DNA from: the human T2T-CHM13v2.0 reference genome, Homo sapiens
Length of the DNA stretch: 64,000 nucleotides
Reading direction: 5' to 3' (one strand)
Assembly: GCF_009914755.1 (NCBI RefSeq)
Contig: NC_060931.1
Part shown: positions 1 to 41,620 of the stretch, piece by piece
Numbering within the stretch: position 1 is the stretch's first letter
How the letters are laid out: each line of letters opens with the position of its first letter
The notes under the pieces: model-generated
What the model was told of the DNA's origin: nothing
What the model saw: only the letters and a program-made list of their open reading frames with translations
Databases searched by the model: none
Program-made: the position numbers and the translations under genes

Positions 1-334
1 ATTCGAAAAAAAAGTGCTTTGAAATGTAAGGGAGGGAGAAAAGGGGAAAGGAACTTACTACATTCCAATATGTTAGTAGTGAGCTAGTACCTTCCAGAAT
101 TCCAGGTTCTAGAGAGTGGTTGTGGCAGAGTAATTGTGTATATCTAGGGCTGAGCAAGAACCAAAAACAGAAGGGGTGTGAGGTAGCCTCAGTCTCAGTG
201 TTGGTCTGTCCAGTGTGACTTACTGAGTGCTATGATGACCATTCCAATCTCCCTTCTCACCTCTGTTTCCTCTTCACACACTGGCCTTCTCATGATTCCT
301 GACTGTACTAGACATCCTCTTTCTGCCTGAGAAT

Positions 335-1121
<787 letters not shown>

Positions 1122-1377
1122 TAGTTTCTTCTCCTTTCCAACATACAGCCCAGTTTGTAATTATGTATTTATTTGTGTTTTGATGTGTTTGATGAACGTC
1201 TTCTCCAACTAGAAGTAAACCATGTTTATTAAGTAACTGCATAATCAGTGCGTGGCTCATTGTAGATGCACATTAAATATTTGGCAAAGGAATGAATGAA
1301 AGTCCACCATGATTCTACTGATTTCTTTCGTGGCCTTCTCTGTAACTGTACTGATCGGTTTTGGTTGTGGTTGTTAG

Positions 1378-1516
1378 ATTGTTGCCTGCCCTGATGTGCT
1401 TCCTCGGAAGATGGCAACACCTGGAGCAGTGCAGGAGTCCTGCAGCCCCCATCCCCTGACCGTGGACACCCAGCCTGAGCAAGCGCCACAGAAGCCTCGT
1501 CTCCTGGAGGAAAATG
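1378..1516 (+). CDS. ZKSCAN5: ZKSCAN5 internal coding exon (post-SCAN linker, IVACPDVLPRKM...RLLEEN)
   Basis: ttgttAG acceptor at 1376-77 and GTGAG donor at 1517; 139 nt, phase 0->1, open frame that continues into the downstream exons; peptide matches recalled ZKSCAN5. Confidence 0.92.
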
Positions 1517-1728
1517 GTGAGGCTCAGTGATTCAGTGGAACTGATATAGCTCAAGAGTGGGTGCCTTGGCCATGTGGCAGGCACTATCTGCGGGAGAGAG
1601 ACTCTAGGCTGAGCAGCCTCTCTACAGCCTGCAGGGTCTAGAAGCAGGGAAAGGCCAGGGACCTGGAGTTGAGTCCCTGGTGTTCAATGAAAGCCATTCC
1701 TAGAATGGCTAGGAATTACACCAGCTTC

Positions 1729-2194
1729 TTTTTTTTTCTTTTATTTATTTATTTATTTATTATTATTATACTTTAAGTTGTAGGGTACATGTGCACAATG
1801 TGCAGGTTAGTTACATATGTATACATGTGCCATGCTTGTGTGCTGCACCCACTAACTCGTCATCTAGCATTAGGTATATCTCCCAATGCTATCCCTCCCC
1901 CCTCCCCCCACCCCACAACAGTCCCCAGAGTGTGATGTTCCCCTTCCTGTGTCCATGTGTTCTCATTGTTCAGTTCCCACCTATGAGTGAGAATATGCGG
2001 TGTTTGGTTTTTTGTTCTTGCGATAGTTTACTGAAAATGATGGTTTCCAATTTCATCCATGTCCCTACAAAGGACATGAACTCATCATTTTTTATGGCTG
2101 CACAGTATTCCATGGTGTACTGCCACATTTTCTTAATCCAGTCTATCATTGTTGGACATTTGGGAAAGACACATGCACACGTATGTTTATTGCT
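1729..2194 (-). mobile_element. 5'-truncated young L1 (L1PA2/3-like) 3' end with a short 5' inversion
   Basis: Poly(T) tail; L1 3'UTR and ORF2 end in antisense; GAG (non-Ta) diagnostic; TSD gaattacaccag(c/t)ttc at 1713-1728 and 2195-2210. Confidence 0.9.
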
Positions 2195-2319
2195 GAATTA
2201 CACCAGTTTCATTAAAAACCTACAACGCAAATGATGACAGCTCTGGGTACAGGGACTGTTAAAAGATCTACACGTCTTTTACAAAAGTATCACAGATTTT
2301 TGCCTTTCTGTCATAGATT

Positions 2320-5215
<2,896 letters not shown>

Positions 5216-5860
5216 TAACCAGATCCTAGCCGGTTTATTTTAGCAAAATTACTCTTCATTCGGACATAGACTGTATTCACCATTTTCATCAACTTCTGTT
5301 TTCAGTCTTTAGCCACTCCCGGTTTCAGATCCCTTCTCTGCTTTTGGCTTTCATCTGTAACCATTGTCCCGTCCTTTTTGTGTCATTGCTCCTTATTTCC
5401 TAGTCATTGGAAATCAGCAAGCCACGGATGCCCCCAGATCTCCAGGACTCCAGATCTAAATACCAACAGGGTCTAAACTATCCGGTTACAGCTTAATCCC
5501 AGGCAGGTCTGTGCAAGTCAAGGCACATGTGGATGGTGAGATCCAGACATGCTGTGGACCTTAGACAAAGAGCAAGCAGAGGTGACCTCGGGGTCAGGTG
5601 GTCCCTAGCTTCCAGAGGTGAGATGTCCGGGTGTTGCGCATGCTGTTCCTGCTGTGGGGAAAGCACCCTGTCTCCCCGATCTCCATTCCTACTGCCCAGA
5701 GTCACTTTCTGGGAAAAGGCTTTGCTGCTGCTGCTGCGTCTCCTGCTCCACTCTGTAAGTGCTCCTGCCTCTATGGTCCCACGGGAACTTGGGTCACCTT
5801 TCGTCATGGCACTCTTCACGCTGTGCTGTAAGGCTTACCTGTGTGCCCTTCCCATTAGAC

Positions 5861-6858
<998 letters not shown>

Positions 6859-7004
6859 CATTAGACAGTACTTTTCCAAGGTAAGAATTGTTTTGTCTAT
6901 TCCTGAGATGGGCAGAGAGAGAGAGAATAGATTTAATACATATTTCTTGACTGAATAGAAACTAACCATGGAAATTCTGGAAGGGATTTCTGAGGCTGTG
7001 GTAA

Positions 7005-7506
<502 letters not shown>

Positions 7507-7565
7507 TTAGGAATGCTTCAGTTTCATGGAAGATGTGGGAATTTGGTGGTTCTTTGAGATAATAA

Positions 7566-8499
<934 letters not shown>

Positions 8500-8750
8500 C
8501 ACAGAATGCATCCTTTATAGCGGAAAGGCAAGCAGGGATTAGCCTGACCAAAGTAGGAAGTCTAGGGTAAAGGAGGAATAAAACAGAGTGTGAGAGGATC
8601 CAGAAATTAGAGGGTCTTGACAGCCAGGCAGAAGAATTTGGCCTCGGCGCAGTAGGGGCCATTATGGATTCCTGAGCATAAGAGGAACATGATGGCAATG
8701 AGAACCGGGCAAAGATGTTCTCACTTAAACCTCTTTTTCTCCTCCCTTAG

Positions 8751-8833
8751 CCCTTCCTGTTCTCCAAGTTCCTTCCCTTCCCCTGAAGGACAGCCAGGAG
8801 CTGACAGCTTCACTTCTCTCAACTGGGTCCCAG
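8751..8833 (+). CDS. ZKSCAN5: ZKSCAN5 pre-KRAB exon (ALPVLQVPSLPLKDSQELTASLLSTGSQ)
   Basis: Polypyrimidine tract plus AG, GTGAG donor; 83 nt, phase 1->0. Confidence 0.92.
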
Positions 8834-9092
8834 GTGAGCTGGTGCCCCTTTGCCCTCAGAGAGGACCCATCCTGAACCTTCACCAAGAGTTCTGTTTCTT
8901 TAGCCAGTGACTAGGCCCATCTTGGGTTGGTACCTTCATTCCTTTGGCCTTTTTCCTTTCTGCCTAGTCCTTCCCCATCCTCTTTGAGGCACAGTTCCTC
9001 CCCCTGTTTCTTTTCTTAATGAGCCCAGTTCTTCCCCTCACTCCAAATTTGGACATAGGGAATGAGAATTTAGTGGAGATCTCCTGTTTCAG

Positions 9093-9228
9093 AAGTTGGT
9101 GAAAATTGAAGAGGTGGCTGATGTGGCTGTATCCTTCATCCTGGAGGAATGGGGGCATTTGGACCAGTCCCAGAAGTCCCTTTATAGGGATGACAGGAAG
9201 GAGAACTATGGGAGTATTACTTCCATGG
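9093..9228 (+). CDS. ZKSCAN5: ZKSCAN5 divergent KRAB-A exon (KLVKIEEVADVAVSFILEEWGHLDQSQKSLYRDDRKENYGSITSM)
   Basis: tgtttcAG acceptor, GTAAG donor; KRAB-A motifs DVAV, EEW, LYRD..ENY; 136 nt, phase 0->1. Confidence 0.93.
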
Positions 9229-9514
9229 GTAAGGATTATTTCATCTGCATGGATTAGGACATGTTTATTTTGTTATCTTGTAAAGAGTATTTCTGGCTCA
9301 TCTTATAATGGCATTTATGTTTTATGTGCTATGACTTTGCTTTTTTTTATTTTTTGTAAAAGAATAAATCAGCCTTCATTTTTTTTTTCTTATTCAGTTT
9401 ATTCTGATCATTTCCATCTTAATAAGAGTATGATTAAACACTGATAGTACTTGGGGGGACTGTTTTTGCAATCCAGCAGATGCTAACTTTTTACTGCTTT
9501 AAAATAAGAGTGGG

Positions 9515-14498
<4,984 letters not shown>

Positions 14499-14735
14499 TC
14501 AGTGGAATGACTGATTTTCAGTCTCCTTCCTCTGAACATTTTTTGCCAGCTCTTCCTTCCCTAACCTCCCTCACTTTTCTGCTTGAATATTTTTCATCCC
14601 ATCCCTGTACTGTAAAAGTCCCTTTACAGAATCATGGATCCCTAGCACATGTCAGTTTCTCTTCATTATCCCCTCATTTTATTTCTTCAAATTCAAGGAA
14701 AAGCTCATTTTTTAATTCTCCCTCTGTTATTTCAG

Positions 14736-15341
14736 GTTATGAGTCCAGGGACAATATGGAGCTCATAGTGAAGCAGATTTCTGATGACTCTGAATCACAC
14801 TGGGTGGCGCCAGAACACACCGAAAGGAGCGTTCCTCAGGATCCAGACTTTGCAGAAGTCAGTGACCTTAAAGGCATGGTACAAAGGTGGCAGGTCAACC
14901 CCACTGTGGGGAAATCAAGGCAGAATCCTTCCCAGAAAAGGGATCTGGATGCAATCACAGACATCAGCCCTAAGCAAAGCACACATGGCGAGAGAGGGCA
15001 CAGATGCAGCGATTGTGGCAAATTCTTCCTCCAAGCCTCAAACTTTATTCAGCATCGGCGCATCCACACTGGAGAAAAACCGTTTAAGTGCGGAGAATGT
15101 GGGAAGAGCTACAATCAGCGGGTGCACCTCACCCAGCACCAGCGCGTCCACACAGGGGAGAAACCCTACAAATGTCAGGTGTGCGGAAAGGCTTTCCGGG
15201 TGAGTTCCCACCTGGTTCAGCACCACAGTGTCCACAGCGGAGAGAGGCCCTATGGCTGCAATGAGTGTGGGAAGAACTTCGGTCGCCATTCGCATCTGAT
15301 CGAACACCTAAAACGCCACTTCAGGGAGAAATCCCAGAGAT
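14736..15341 (+). CDS. ZKSCAN5: ZKSCAN5 first zinc-finger exon (spacer plus 4 C2H2 fingers)
   Basis: atttcAG acceptor; donor GT falls inside a TGT codon (aga t|gtacgt); 606 nt, phase 1->1; TGEKP linkers. Confidence 0.93.
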
Positions 15342-15405
15342 GTACGTGTGAGGAGTTTATATCCGGGGGATAAATGGAGGCGAAAAGCAAAAGGTGTTTT
15401 ATTAG

Positions 15406-20017
<4,612 letters not shown>

Positions 20018-20030
20018 TTATTTTTTTTAG

Positions 20031-21172
20031 GCAGTGACAAAAGAAGTAAGAACACAAAATTAAGTGTTAAGAAGAAAATTTCAGAATATTCAGAAGCAGA
20101 CATGGAACTATCTGGAAAAACCCAAAGAAATGTTTCTCAAGTTCAAGATTTTGGAGAAGGCTGTGAGTTTCAAGGCAAGCTGGATAGAAAGCAGGGAATT
20201 CCCATGAAAGAGATACTAGGACAACCATCTTCAAAGAGGATGAACTACAGTGAAGTCCCATATGTCCACAAAAAATCCTCCACTGGAGAGAGACCACATA
20301 AATGTAACGAGTGTGGGAAAAGCTTCATTCAGAGTGCACATCTTATTCAACATCAAAGAATACACACTGGGGAGAAACCATTCAGGTGTGAGGAATGTGG
20401 GAAAAGCTACAACCAACGCGTGCACCTAACTCAGCATCAGCGCGTCCACACAGGTGAGAAGCCCTACACCTGTCCCTTATGTGGGAAAGCCTTCAGAGTG
20501 AGGTCCCACCTTGTTCAGCATCAGAGCGTGCACAGTGGGGAGAGACCCTTCAAGTGTAACGAATGTGGGAAAGGCTTTGGGAGGCGTTCCCACCTGGCTG
20601 GACATCTTCGACTCCACTCCCGAGAGAAATCCCATCAGTGTCGTGAATGTGGGGAAATCTTTTTTCAGTACGTTAGCCTAATTGAACATCAGGTGCTCCA
20701 CATGGGTCAGAAAAATGAAAAAAATGGCATCTGTGAGGAAGCATATAGTTGGAACTTGACAGTGATTGAAGACAAGAAGATTGAGTTACAAGAGCAGCCT
20801 TATCAGTGTGATATCTGTGGAAAAGCCTTTGGTTATAGCTCAGACCTCATTCAGCATTACAGAACTCATACAGCAGAGAAGCCCTATCAATGTGATATAT
20901 GTAGAGAAAATGTTGGCCAGTGTTCCCACACCAAACAACATCAAAAAATCTACTCCAGCACAAAATCCCATCAATGTCATGAATGTGGCAGAGGCTTCAC
21001 TCTGAAGTCACATCTTAATCAACATCAGAGAATCCATACTGGTGAGAAACCTTTTCAATGTAAAGAATGTGGAATGAATTTCAGCTGGAGTTGTAGCCTC
21101 TTTAAACACCTGAGAAGCCATGAGAGGACAGATCCCATAAATACCTTAAGTGTAGAGGGGTCTCTGTTGTAG
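20031..21172 (+). CDS. ZKSCAN5: ZKSCAN5 terminal zinc-finger exon (8 intact and 2 degenerate C2H2 fingers), stop TAG
   Basis: T-rich acceptor ending AG at 20030; joins in frame (C-SDKRSKNTKL...) to ORF 20102..21172. Confidence 0.95.
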
Positions 21173-22350
21173 AATAGCTCTTAATTTTAGAGAAACCTTC
21201 CTGGAGGGAAACCATACTCCTATAATGAGCAAAGTAACAACTTCAAGCATTTTTCCAGCGTTACCATCAAACTCACAAATAGGTTGAAATCCTTTAGTTA
21301 TAACTCAGCCTTTAGGAACACCGGAGAACCCACAATAATAGAAATCTTTTCGTGTTCCCCATTGAGAAATGCTTTAGTTAGCATCTTCATGCTTGGAAAT
21401 CTAGACAAGAAGAGAATCCATGGATGGACATGGTCGAGGAATTCGGAAAGCCTGCAGTTGACATTCAGTCTTCACTTGAAACTCAAAACTGACACTAGGA
21501 ACAGCTTCATGAGTTCAGTAGAAGTAAGCTTTATTTGTAGCTTCTGCCTTGTTTGACGGCGTATCTATTCAGGGAAGCGCACAGTAAAAGAATTCCTTAG
21601 CATGATGTCTGTTTTGGTACCTCAGCAATGAACCTTTTCTAGAAATTATTATTCCAACCACTAGAATACCCTAGTCACTATTCCCACTTTGAGCATTAAC
21701 CCCTTTGAAAAGAAATGGACTTAAAGTATCTCTGTTTTGGCAAAATTCAGGTTCAGGGGCTGGATGGTATGTGTTTCTGCTGCCTTATTCAATCCACCAC
21801 TTCTCTGTGAAACACTCTACCTTGTTTTTGGTTTGATTCTACTGATGTCAGGGTTTAGCCGGTAGAAGGAGTAGTTCAGTTTGTCAATTCAGGAGAAACT
21901 GTACTGGTCAGTCACATCTTACGGCGAAGGGAGAGGGACCTTAGGGGAGCAGAGAAGACAGGCAAAGTTGTGGACTGTTTGATCTTGTATTACCCACAGG
22001 AATGAGGGCAGCTAAACCCATAGAAGGAGTTGGACCAAGGCGAATTACGAGTCCTGGTCCCAGCAGTATGTGTGCTGACTTCTGGGTGCCCCAGAAATAG
22101 ACCTCTCCTGTAGAGTGGTGATATACAGAATGAGTTTCAGTTTGCATTGCAGCTGGGATTGAAAGTAATCAGTCGTGAGCAGGCAGGCAGGAGGTCCTGT
22201 TAGCCCTGCCTTCCAGGAAGGTTGGGGTGGGAGTTTTGAGTGGGAAAGAGGATGACATGTGTGAGAGAGTTCTGAGCCTGTTTGCTAGGGAGAGTGAGTG
22301 AGTGCTCTTGGGCACTGCTCAGGCCGTTTCTGCTGACTTGCCTGGCTTAC

Positions 22351-22367
22351 AATAAATGCCCAATAAA
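22351..22367 (+). terminator. Tandem AATAAA polyadenylation signals, probable ZKSCAN5 3' end
   Basis: AATAAA at 22351-56 and 22362-67, GT-rich sequence downstream, ~1.2 kb after the stop. Confidence 0.65.
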
Positions 22368-22394
22368 TATTTGTTGACCATATGTGTTGTACAC

Positions 22395-22799
22395 TGTGGT
22401 GCCCTGTCCAGTCCCCTCTACCAAGCTGAGACCCCCATCCCCAGCTGCTCTGAGTTTGGGCTGCAAGTGCTCACAGCTCTTGTTCTCCAGAAACTGGAGA
22501 ATTGCCCTCAGGAGATGAGAGCCATCTCACCTCACCCAGGAGTCACTTCCTCTCTACACCCCAACACCTGGTTCATTTGATTAAAGCGGAGAAAACTCCA
22601 GGGTGCTATGACTGCTCTGGCACCCTTGGATCAGGCCAAGCTAGACTTTTTCTGAGCCTTCATCCGTGCTAAGCTCTCTCCCTTCTCTATCCTGTTTCAT
22701 TCCCTCCCTCAAAGGCGTTTCCCAAATAAATCACACTGTCAATCACATGGTTCTGAATCCCTGTCTCAGGCTCTGCTTTAGAGAACCTGATCTAAGACA
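22395..22799 (+). mobile_element. LTR16-type ERVL LTR
   Basis: Starts TG (tgtggtgcc), ends ...ctaagaCA; AATAAA at ~22725; ctgtctcaggctctgctttagagaacc 3' motif typical of LTR16. Confidence 0.6.
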
Positions 22800-24506
<1,707 letters not shown>

Positions 24507-24592
24507 TAAAAATGTTGGGATTATAGGCATGAGCCATCATGCTTGGTTCATACACTCTTTAAACCAACAGCCATTAAAAGGTGCTGTCTTTA

Positions 24593-24718
<126 letters not shown>

Positions 24719-25274
24719 CTACTCTGCCAGTGCCCCACCGTCTACAAAAAATAAAATAGATTAGTTGGGTGTGATGCTGCATGCATCTGGACCTAGTTAC
24801 TTGGGAAGCTGAGGTGGGAGGATCACTTGAGCCCAGGAATTAAAGGCTGCAGTGAGCTATGATCACACCACTGCACGCTAGCCTGGGCAACAGAGCAAGA
24901 CCCTATTGCAAATAAATAAATAAATAAATGAAATAATGGAATAGTGTTTCAGAATTCTTCTGCAGCATTGTGCCCAGTCTCTTTAAAACATTGGGGTGGG
25001 CCAGGCACAGTGGCTCATGCCTGTAATCGCAGCACTTTGGGAGGCCGAGGCATGTGGATCACTTGAGGTCGAGAGTGAGGACCATCAGTCTTGAACTGAT
25101 GAAAAAAAAAAAGAAGATGAGGTCTTACTGGGATGGGATGAGCCCCTAATCCAAAGTGACTGGTGTCCTTATGAGAAGCTGACTGTGTGGCCAACGTGGT
25201 GAAACTCCATCCCTACTAAAAATACAAAAAATTAGCTGGGTGTAGTGGCAGGCGCCTGTATTACCAGCTAATCA

Positions 25275-25376
<102 letters not shown>

Positions 25377-25664
25377 TCAAAAAAAAAAAAAGAAGGAAAG
25401 AAAAAGAAAAATAAGAAAAAAAAAAACCATTGGGGTGAAGGTGAAAGCAAAGACTTTCAACAGGAATTTTTGCCTCCTTAAAAATGAAGTCCTACTTTAC
25501 TTCAAGTTTGGCTTGAAGCCAAACTATGCCCCTTCTTACCATGTTTCGTATAAATTCATATTGGCCGTCCCTTATCAGGATATTAGCCTCTTTTTGACAA
25601 CTCTTTCAGATCTGTTTGGTGTGATTAGATAGGTGCAAATTACAAGTTGTCATAAACTGTGTTC

Positions 25665-26456
<792 letters not shown>

Positions 26457-26484
26457 CAAGTGTATTCTCCTTTGTGAATATTAG

Positions 26485-26616
<132 letters not shown>

Positions 26617-26631
26617 TAAGTAGCTGGTATT

Positions 26632-26877
26632 GAAGAGCCAGCCGCACAGCTGTGTGTGGGAGCCACCTGACTAAGCAGCCGAGACAAGGCGGACAGTATA
26701 AGAGAACTAGTGTAAGTGAGCTGCTGATGAGAGCTGCTAAATAAAACTACATTTCACCTGCCTACGGCCCCCTGAGTGTTTTCAGCTATCTGCTCATCCA
26801 CTCACTCCCTTTGGACCTCAGCATGAGTTGGAACCTGACCCTGGGCATGACAGTTGGCGTAGTCGTGAACCTGACAC
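26632..26877 (+). mobile_element. 3' part of an ERVL LTR (LTR18B-like) abutting a truncated Alu (26495-26631)
   Basis: aataaaactacatttcacctgcctacggcc...gttggcgtagtcgtgaacctgaCA; family assigned from recall. Confidence 0.55.
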
Positions 26878-27779
26878 CGATGGAACAGTATAGCTCTAAG
26901 GCGATCAATTGGAATATGAAACAGTTAATTTTTACATTGAGTTATTTCCATTTGTTAAAAGTGAAAAAGGGGGAAATGATTAAAATCTGCTTTTTTTGTT
27001 GTTGTTGTTAAGACAGAGTCTCACACTGTCACCCAGGCTGGAGTGCAATGGTGTGACTATGGTTCACTATACCCTCGACTTCCTGGGCTCAAGTGATCCT
27101 CCCACCTTGACCTCCTGAGCAGCAGGGACTACAGGTGCTCACCATCATTCTTGGTGCTCACCATCATTTTTAATTTTTTTGTGTGAGGAGACGGGCTCTC
27201 ACATGTTGCCCTGGCTGGTCTCTTAACTCCTGACCTCAAGCAATCCTTCCACCTCAGCCTCCTGAGTAGCTGGGTCCATAGGCGCACACCATCGTGCCTG
27301 GCTGATTTTTGCATTTTCGTAGAGATGGGGTTTTGCCATGTTGCCTAGGCTCATCTCAAACTCCTGGGCAACAGATCAAGCGATCCTCTGACTTCAGCCC
27401 ACTTCGGCCTCCCAAAGTGTTGGGACTACAGGCATGAGCTGCTAACACCTGGCACTGCTGTCTCTTTAGGAAGAAAAACCCATAAGAACATTAAAGACTT
27501 CCTAAAGCAATTGGTCTTAACATTTTGGGGATAAGGTAGCCTTCTTAGACTCTGTTGAAATCCACTGGCCTTTCCCCCAGAAAAGTCCATATTTTGAGTC
27601 TGATGCACAATCTCAGAATGTCTGTGGACCCACTAGGGCTATCTGAAAATTCCAAAAGAAGGGACATAGAGGAAAAACTGGCTGAGGGGAATTGCATTAG
27701 GAGCACTGGGGGTAGTGAAAACAATCATACCTAAAGTAAGAGAACACCAAAGCATTACCAGGCATGGATGGCATGTTAG

Positions 27780-28356
<577 letters not shown>

Positions 28357-28999
28357 TAAAGCCAAAGAGTGATGAGTGGAGGTCAAGAGAAAACTCTCAG
28401 AGGTCACCCTAAAATCAGCATTTGTGGCTTAGATAACGCTGTTATATTTCAAGGGTTATGTCCCTTCCTATCAGGGAATCTTCCCTTGGTCTCGACATCC
28501 CTGACCCTTGCTCAGTATTTTTTCCACTGGCTGACATGTGAAGATAGGACATGGGAAGTGAAAACACACACTCTCTCCCCTGCCTGGGCTATCTATTCAA
28601 CACCATGTAATTAACCCTGGGGTGAAGGAAAACACCACATGTCTTCGCTCATGTGGTATTTTATTCACAAGACACACAGCTTTGGAATAGTGGTTTCTAT
28701 CCTTTGCTGGGTATTGTTGCTTATGACCAAGGAAATCTAGTCTTTTTTTTTTTTTTTTTTTCCCGAGACAGGGTCTTTCCCTGTTGCCCAGGCTGGAGTA
28801 CAGTGGCACAATCACAGCTCACTGCAGCCTTGAACTCCTGGGCTCAGGTGATCCTCTTGCCTCAGCCTCCTGAATAGCAAGGACTATGGGTGCACCACTG
28901 AGCCTTCCTAATTTTTAAAATTTTTTGTAGAGTTGAGGTCTTGCTATGTTGCTCAGGCTAGTCTTGAACGCCTGGCCTCAAGTGATCCTCCCATTTTGA

Positions 29000-29263
<264 letters not shown>

Positions 29264-29399
29264 TAGCCAGGATGGTCTCGATCTCTTGACCTCATGATCC
29301 GCCCGCCTCGGTCTCCCAAAGTGCTGGGATTACAGGCGTGAGCCACCGTGCCCGGCCAGAAACCTAGTCTTTTAGAGCTTTTCTCTGTCACGTCACTCC

Positions 29400-30606
<1,207 letters not shown>

Positions 30607-30764
30607 CAAAGGCAAAAGTACAAAGTGAAGGTGTTAGACTTAAAATAGGGTGTGGAACCGGGAAAAAAAATAACAGGAACAATTGCATTAGATTAAGTGT
30701 AAGTTTCTTTGAAGTAATTTACAGAGCTCAAAGGCAAAGCTAGAAGGAAGGTAGCTTTGGGTGA

Positions 30765-35092
<4,328 letters not shown>

Positions 35093-35094
35093 TC

Positions 35095-35205
35095 TTAGTT
35101 TTCAAAATTCTTGACAATAATTCACAGGACATATATTTTATATAATAACCTTGTACACATACACACATTCATGTAACTGAAATGAGTTTCATGAAACATA
35201 CTATG
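35095..35205 (-). mobile_element. Decayed 3' terminus of a Charlie-type hAT transposon downstream of FAM200A
   Basis: Minus strand tgtttcatgaaactcatttcagttacat...gtgtgtatgtgtac...gtcaagaattttgaaaact resembles the recalled Charlie1 right end. Confidence 0.55.
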
Positions 35206-35237
35206 TAGAAAAATAAAATCCTAATTACAAATATAAT

Positions 35238-35243
35238 TTTATT
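35238..35243 (-). terminator. AATAAA polyadenylation signal of FAM200A
   Basis: tttatt on +, ~360 nt after the stop, with U-rich downstream sequence on -. Confidence 0.65.
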
Positions 35244-35292
35244 AACGTTTAACTACAACATACTGCAAAATCCCTTTAAAAGTACAAATACA

Positions 35293-35577
<285 letters not shown>

Positions 35578-35604
35578 ATACACAGAATTTTGTAAAGTTT
35601 GTAT

Positions 35605-37329
<1,725 letters not shown>

Positions 37330-37794
37330 TCAGGTTCCAGGAACTGGCTCACTTGATCCAAATAGGGTCTGTTTTGCAGGGCTGTCCTTTGTGACCTAGG
37401 TTTTATGAGATCAGGTTTTGCTATCCTGCAGGGTAGAAAAACGTAACAGCAGTATTAAAAAGCAACATGGTATTGCTGGGCTAACAACTCATACAAAACA
37501 ATTCACTAAATCTAGTGGTGTGACATGGTAAATGATGAGCAACTGTCATTCATGTTGGCTGTGTGTCAGGGAGATTTGGTGTACTATATACACCACTCAT
37601 TTAATACCCAGGGAAACCTAATGAGGTTCACATAATTACTATTCTTATATTACAGATGAAAAATAAAAGTTCAGAAAGATTAAATGTGTCTAACAACCCA
37701 CAGTAAGTATAGAACCAGCACTCAAATCCAAGTCTGAAGCGAGTGTCCTAAATATGCTGCTACACTGCCAACTCTAAAAAGTGATCTGGTCATT

Positions 37795-40833
<3,039 letters not shown>

Positions 40834-40879
40834 TTCACTCTAATCACCACCATAATGGTACTGGGTTTGAGGGTGAACA

Positions 40880-41620
40880 TATCATCCGCGGACACTGGCT
40901 TAACGAGCCCATCCGAATAAAACAAATTATAAGGCCAATGGCACTTGGTATCGTGTAAGATCGCCAGAATTTTACAACTCGGGGTACCCAGGAAACCAGA
41001 AAAGCCCCCACCACAAGAAAAACCAGTGGGCACAACTGGGGAGCACAGATATCTGACTGGGGTCATTTTGTCCGCGCGTCTTTGGGGTAAAACACCAGGA
41101 CTGGGGGTCCAGAAGGGACACGCAGACCGCCTCTCTCCAGTCCCAGGGGTGTCTCCAATCCGGAAACCAAAACTTCGTTCCCTTCCCACCTGTATCCAGG
41201 GACACCTCTGCTGGGGGACAGCGCTTGCCACCGCCGAGGCTGGCGCGAGGAACGGGGGCACGGACCCGCTTCCACTCCGTCCCGGGCGGTCGTGGCGAGG
41301 GGATTGCAGGACACAGCCATGCACGTCCAACTCTGTCCCCGCCCGGAGAAGTCTGGGATGCTGGGATAGAAGGGGTTGTGACTTTGGGGACCAGGAGCAC
41401 TAGACTCACATCCAAGCCCCCTGGCCTTCAGAGCCCAGGGAAAGCGTCACAAAAGACGGAAGTGCGTCACACCCGCCTTCCGGAGCTGCGCTCCGCTTCG
41501 GGGTCCTCTCTAGGATCGCGGGAGGACTTTGCATCCCTGTGTAGGGCTCTAATCTCGGGTTTGGGGATCTTGCTCCTCAGCTTGTCCGCTCCGAGGAGGT
41601 GCACAGGGCGGGGAAAAAGG
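40880..41620 (-). promoter_or_regulatory. CpG-island promoter / non-coding first exon region of FAM200A
   Basis: CpG-rich unique sequence; ETS-CRE composite cggaagtgcgtcac at ~41457-41470; candidate minus-strand donor GTGAGT at 41409-41404. Confidence 0.65.

Noticed and set aside
14507-14735. Ser/Phe-rich N-terminal extension of the 288-aa zinc-finger ORF
   Set aside because: Intronic polypyrimidine sequence upstream of the real acceptor at 14735
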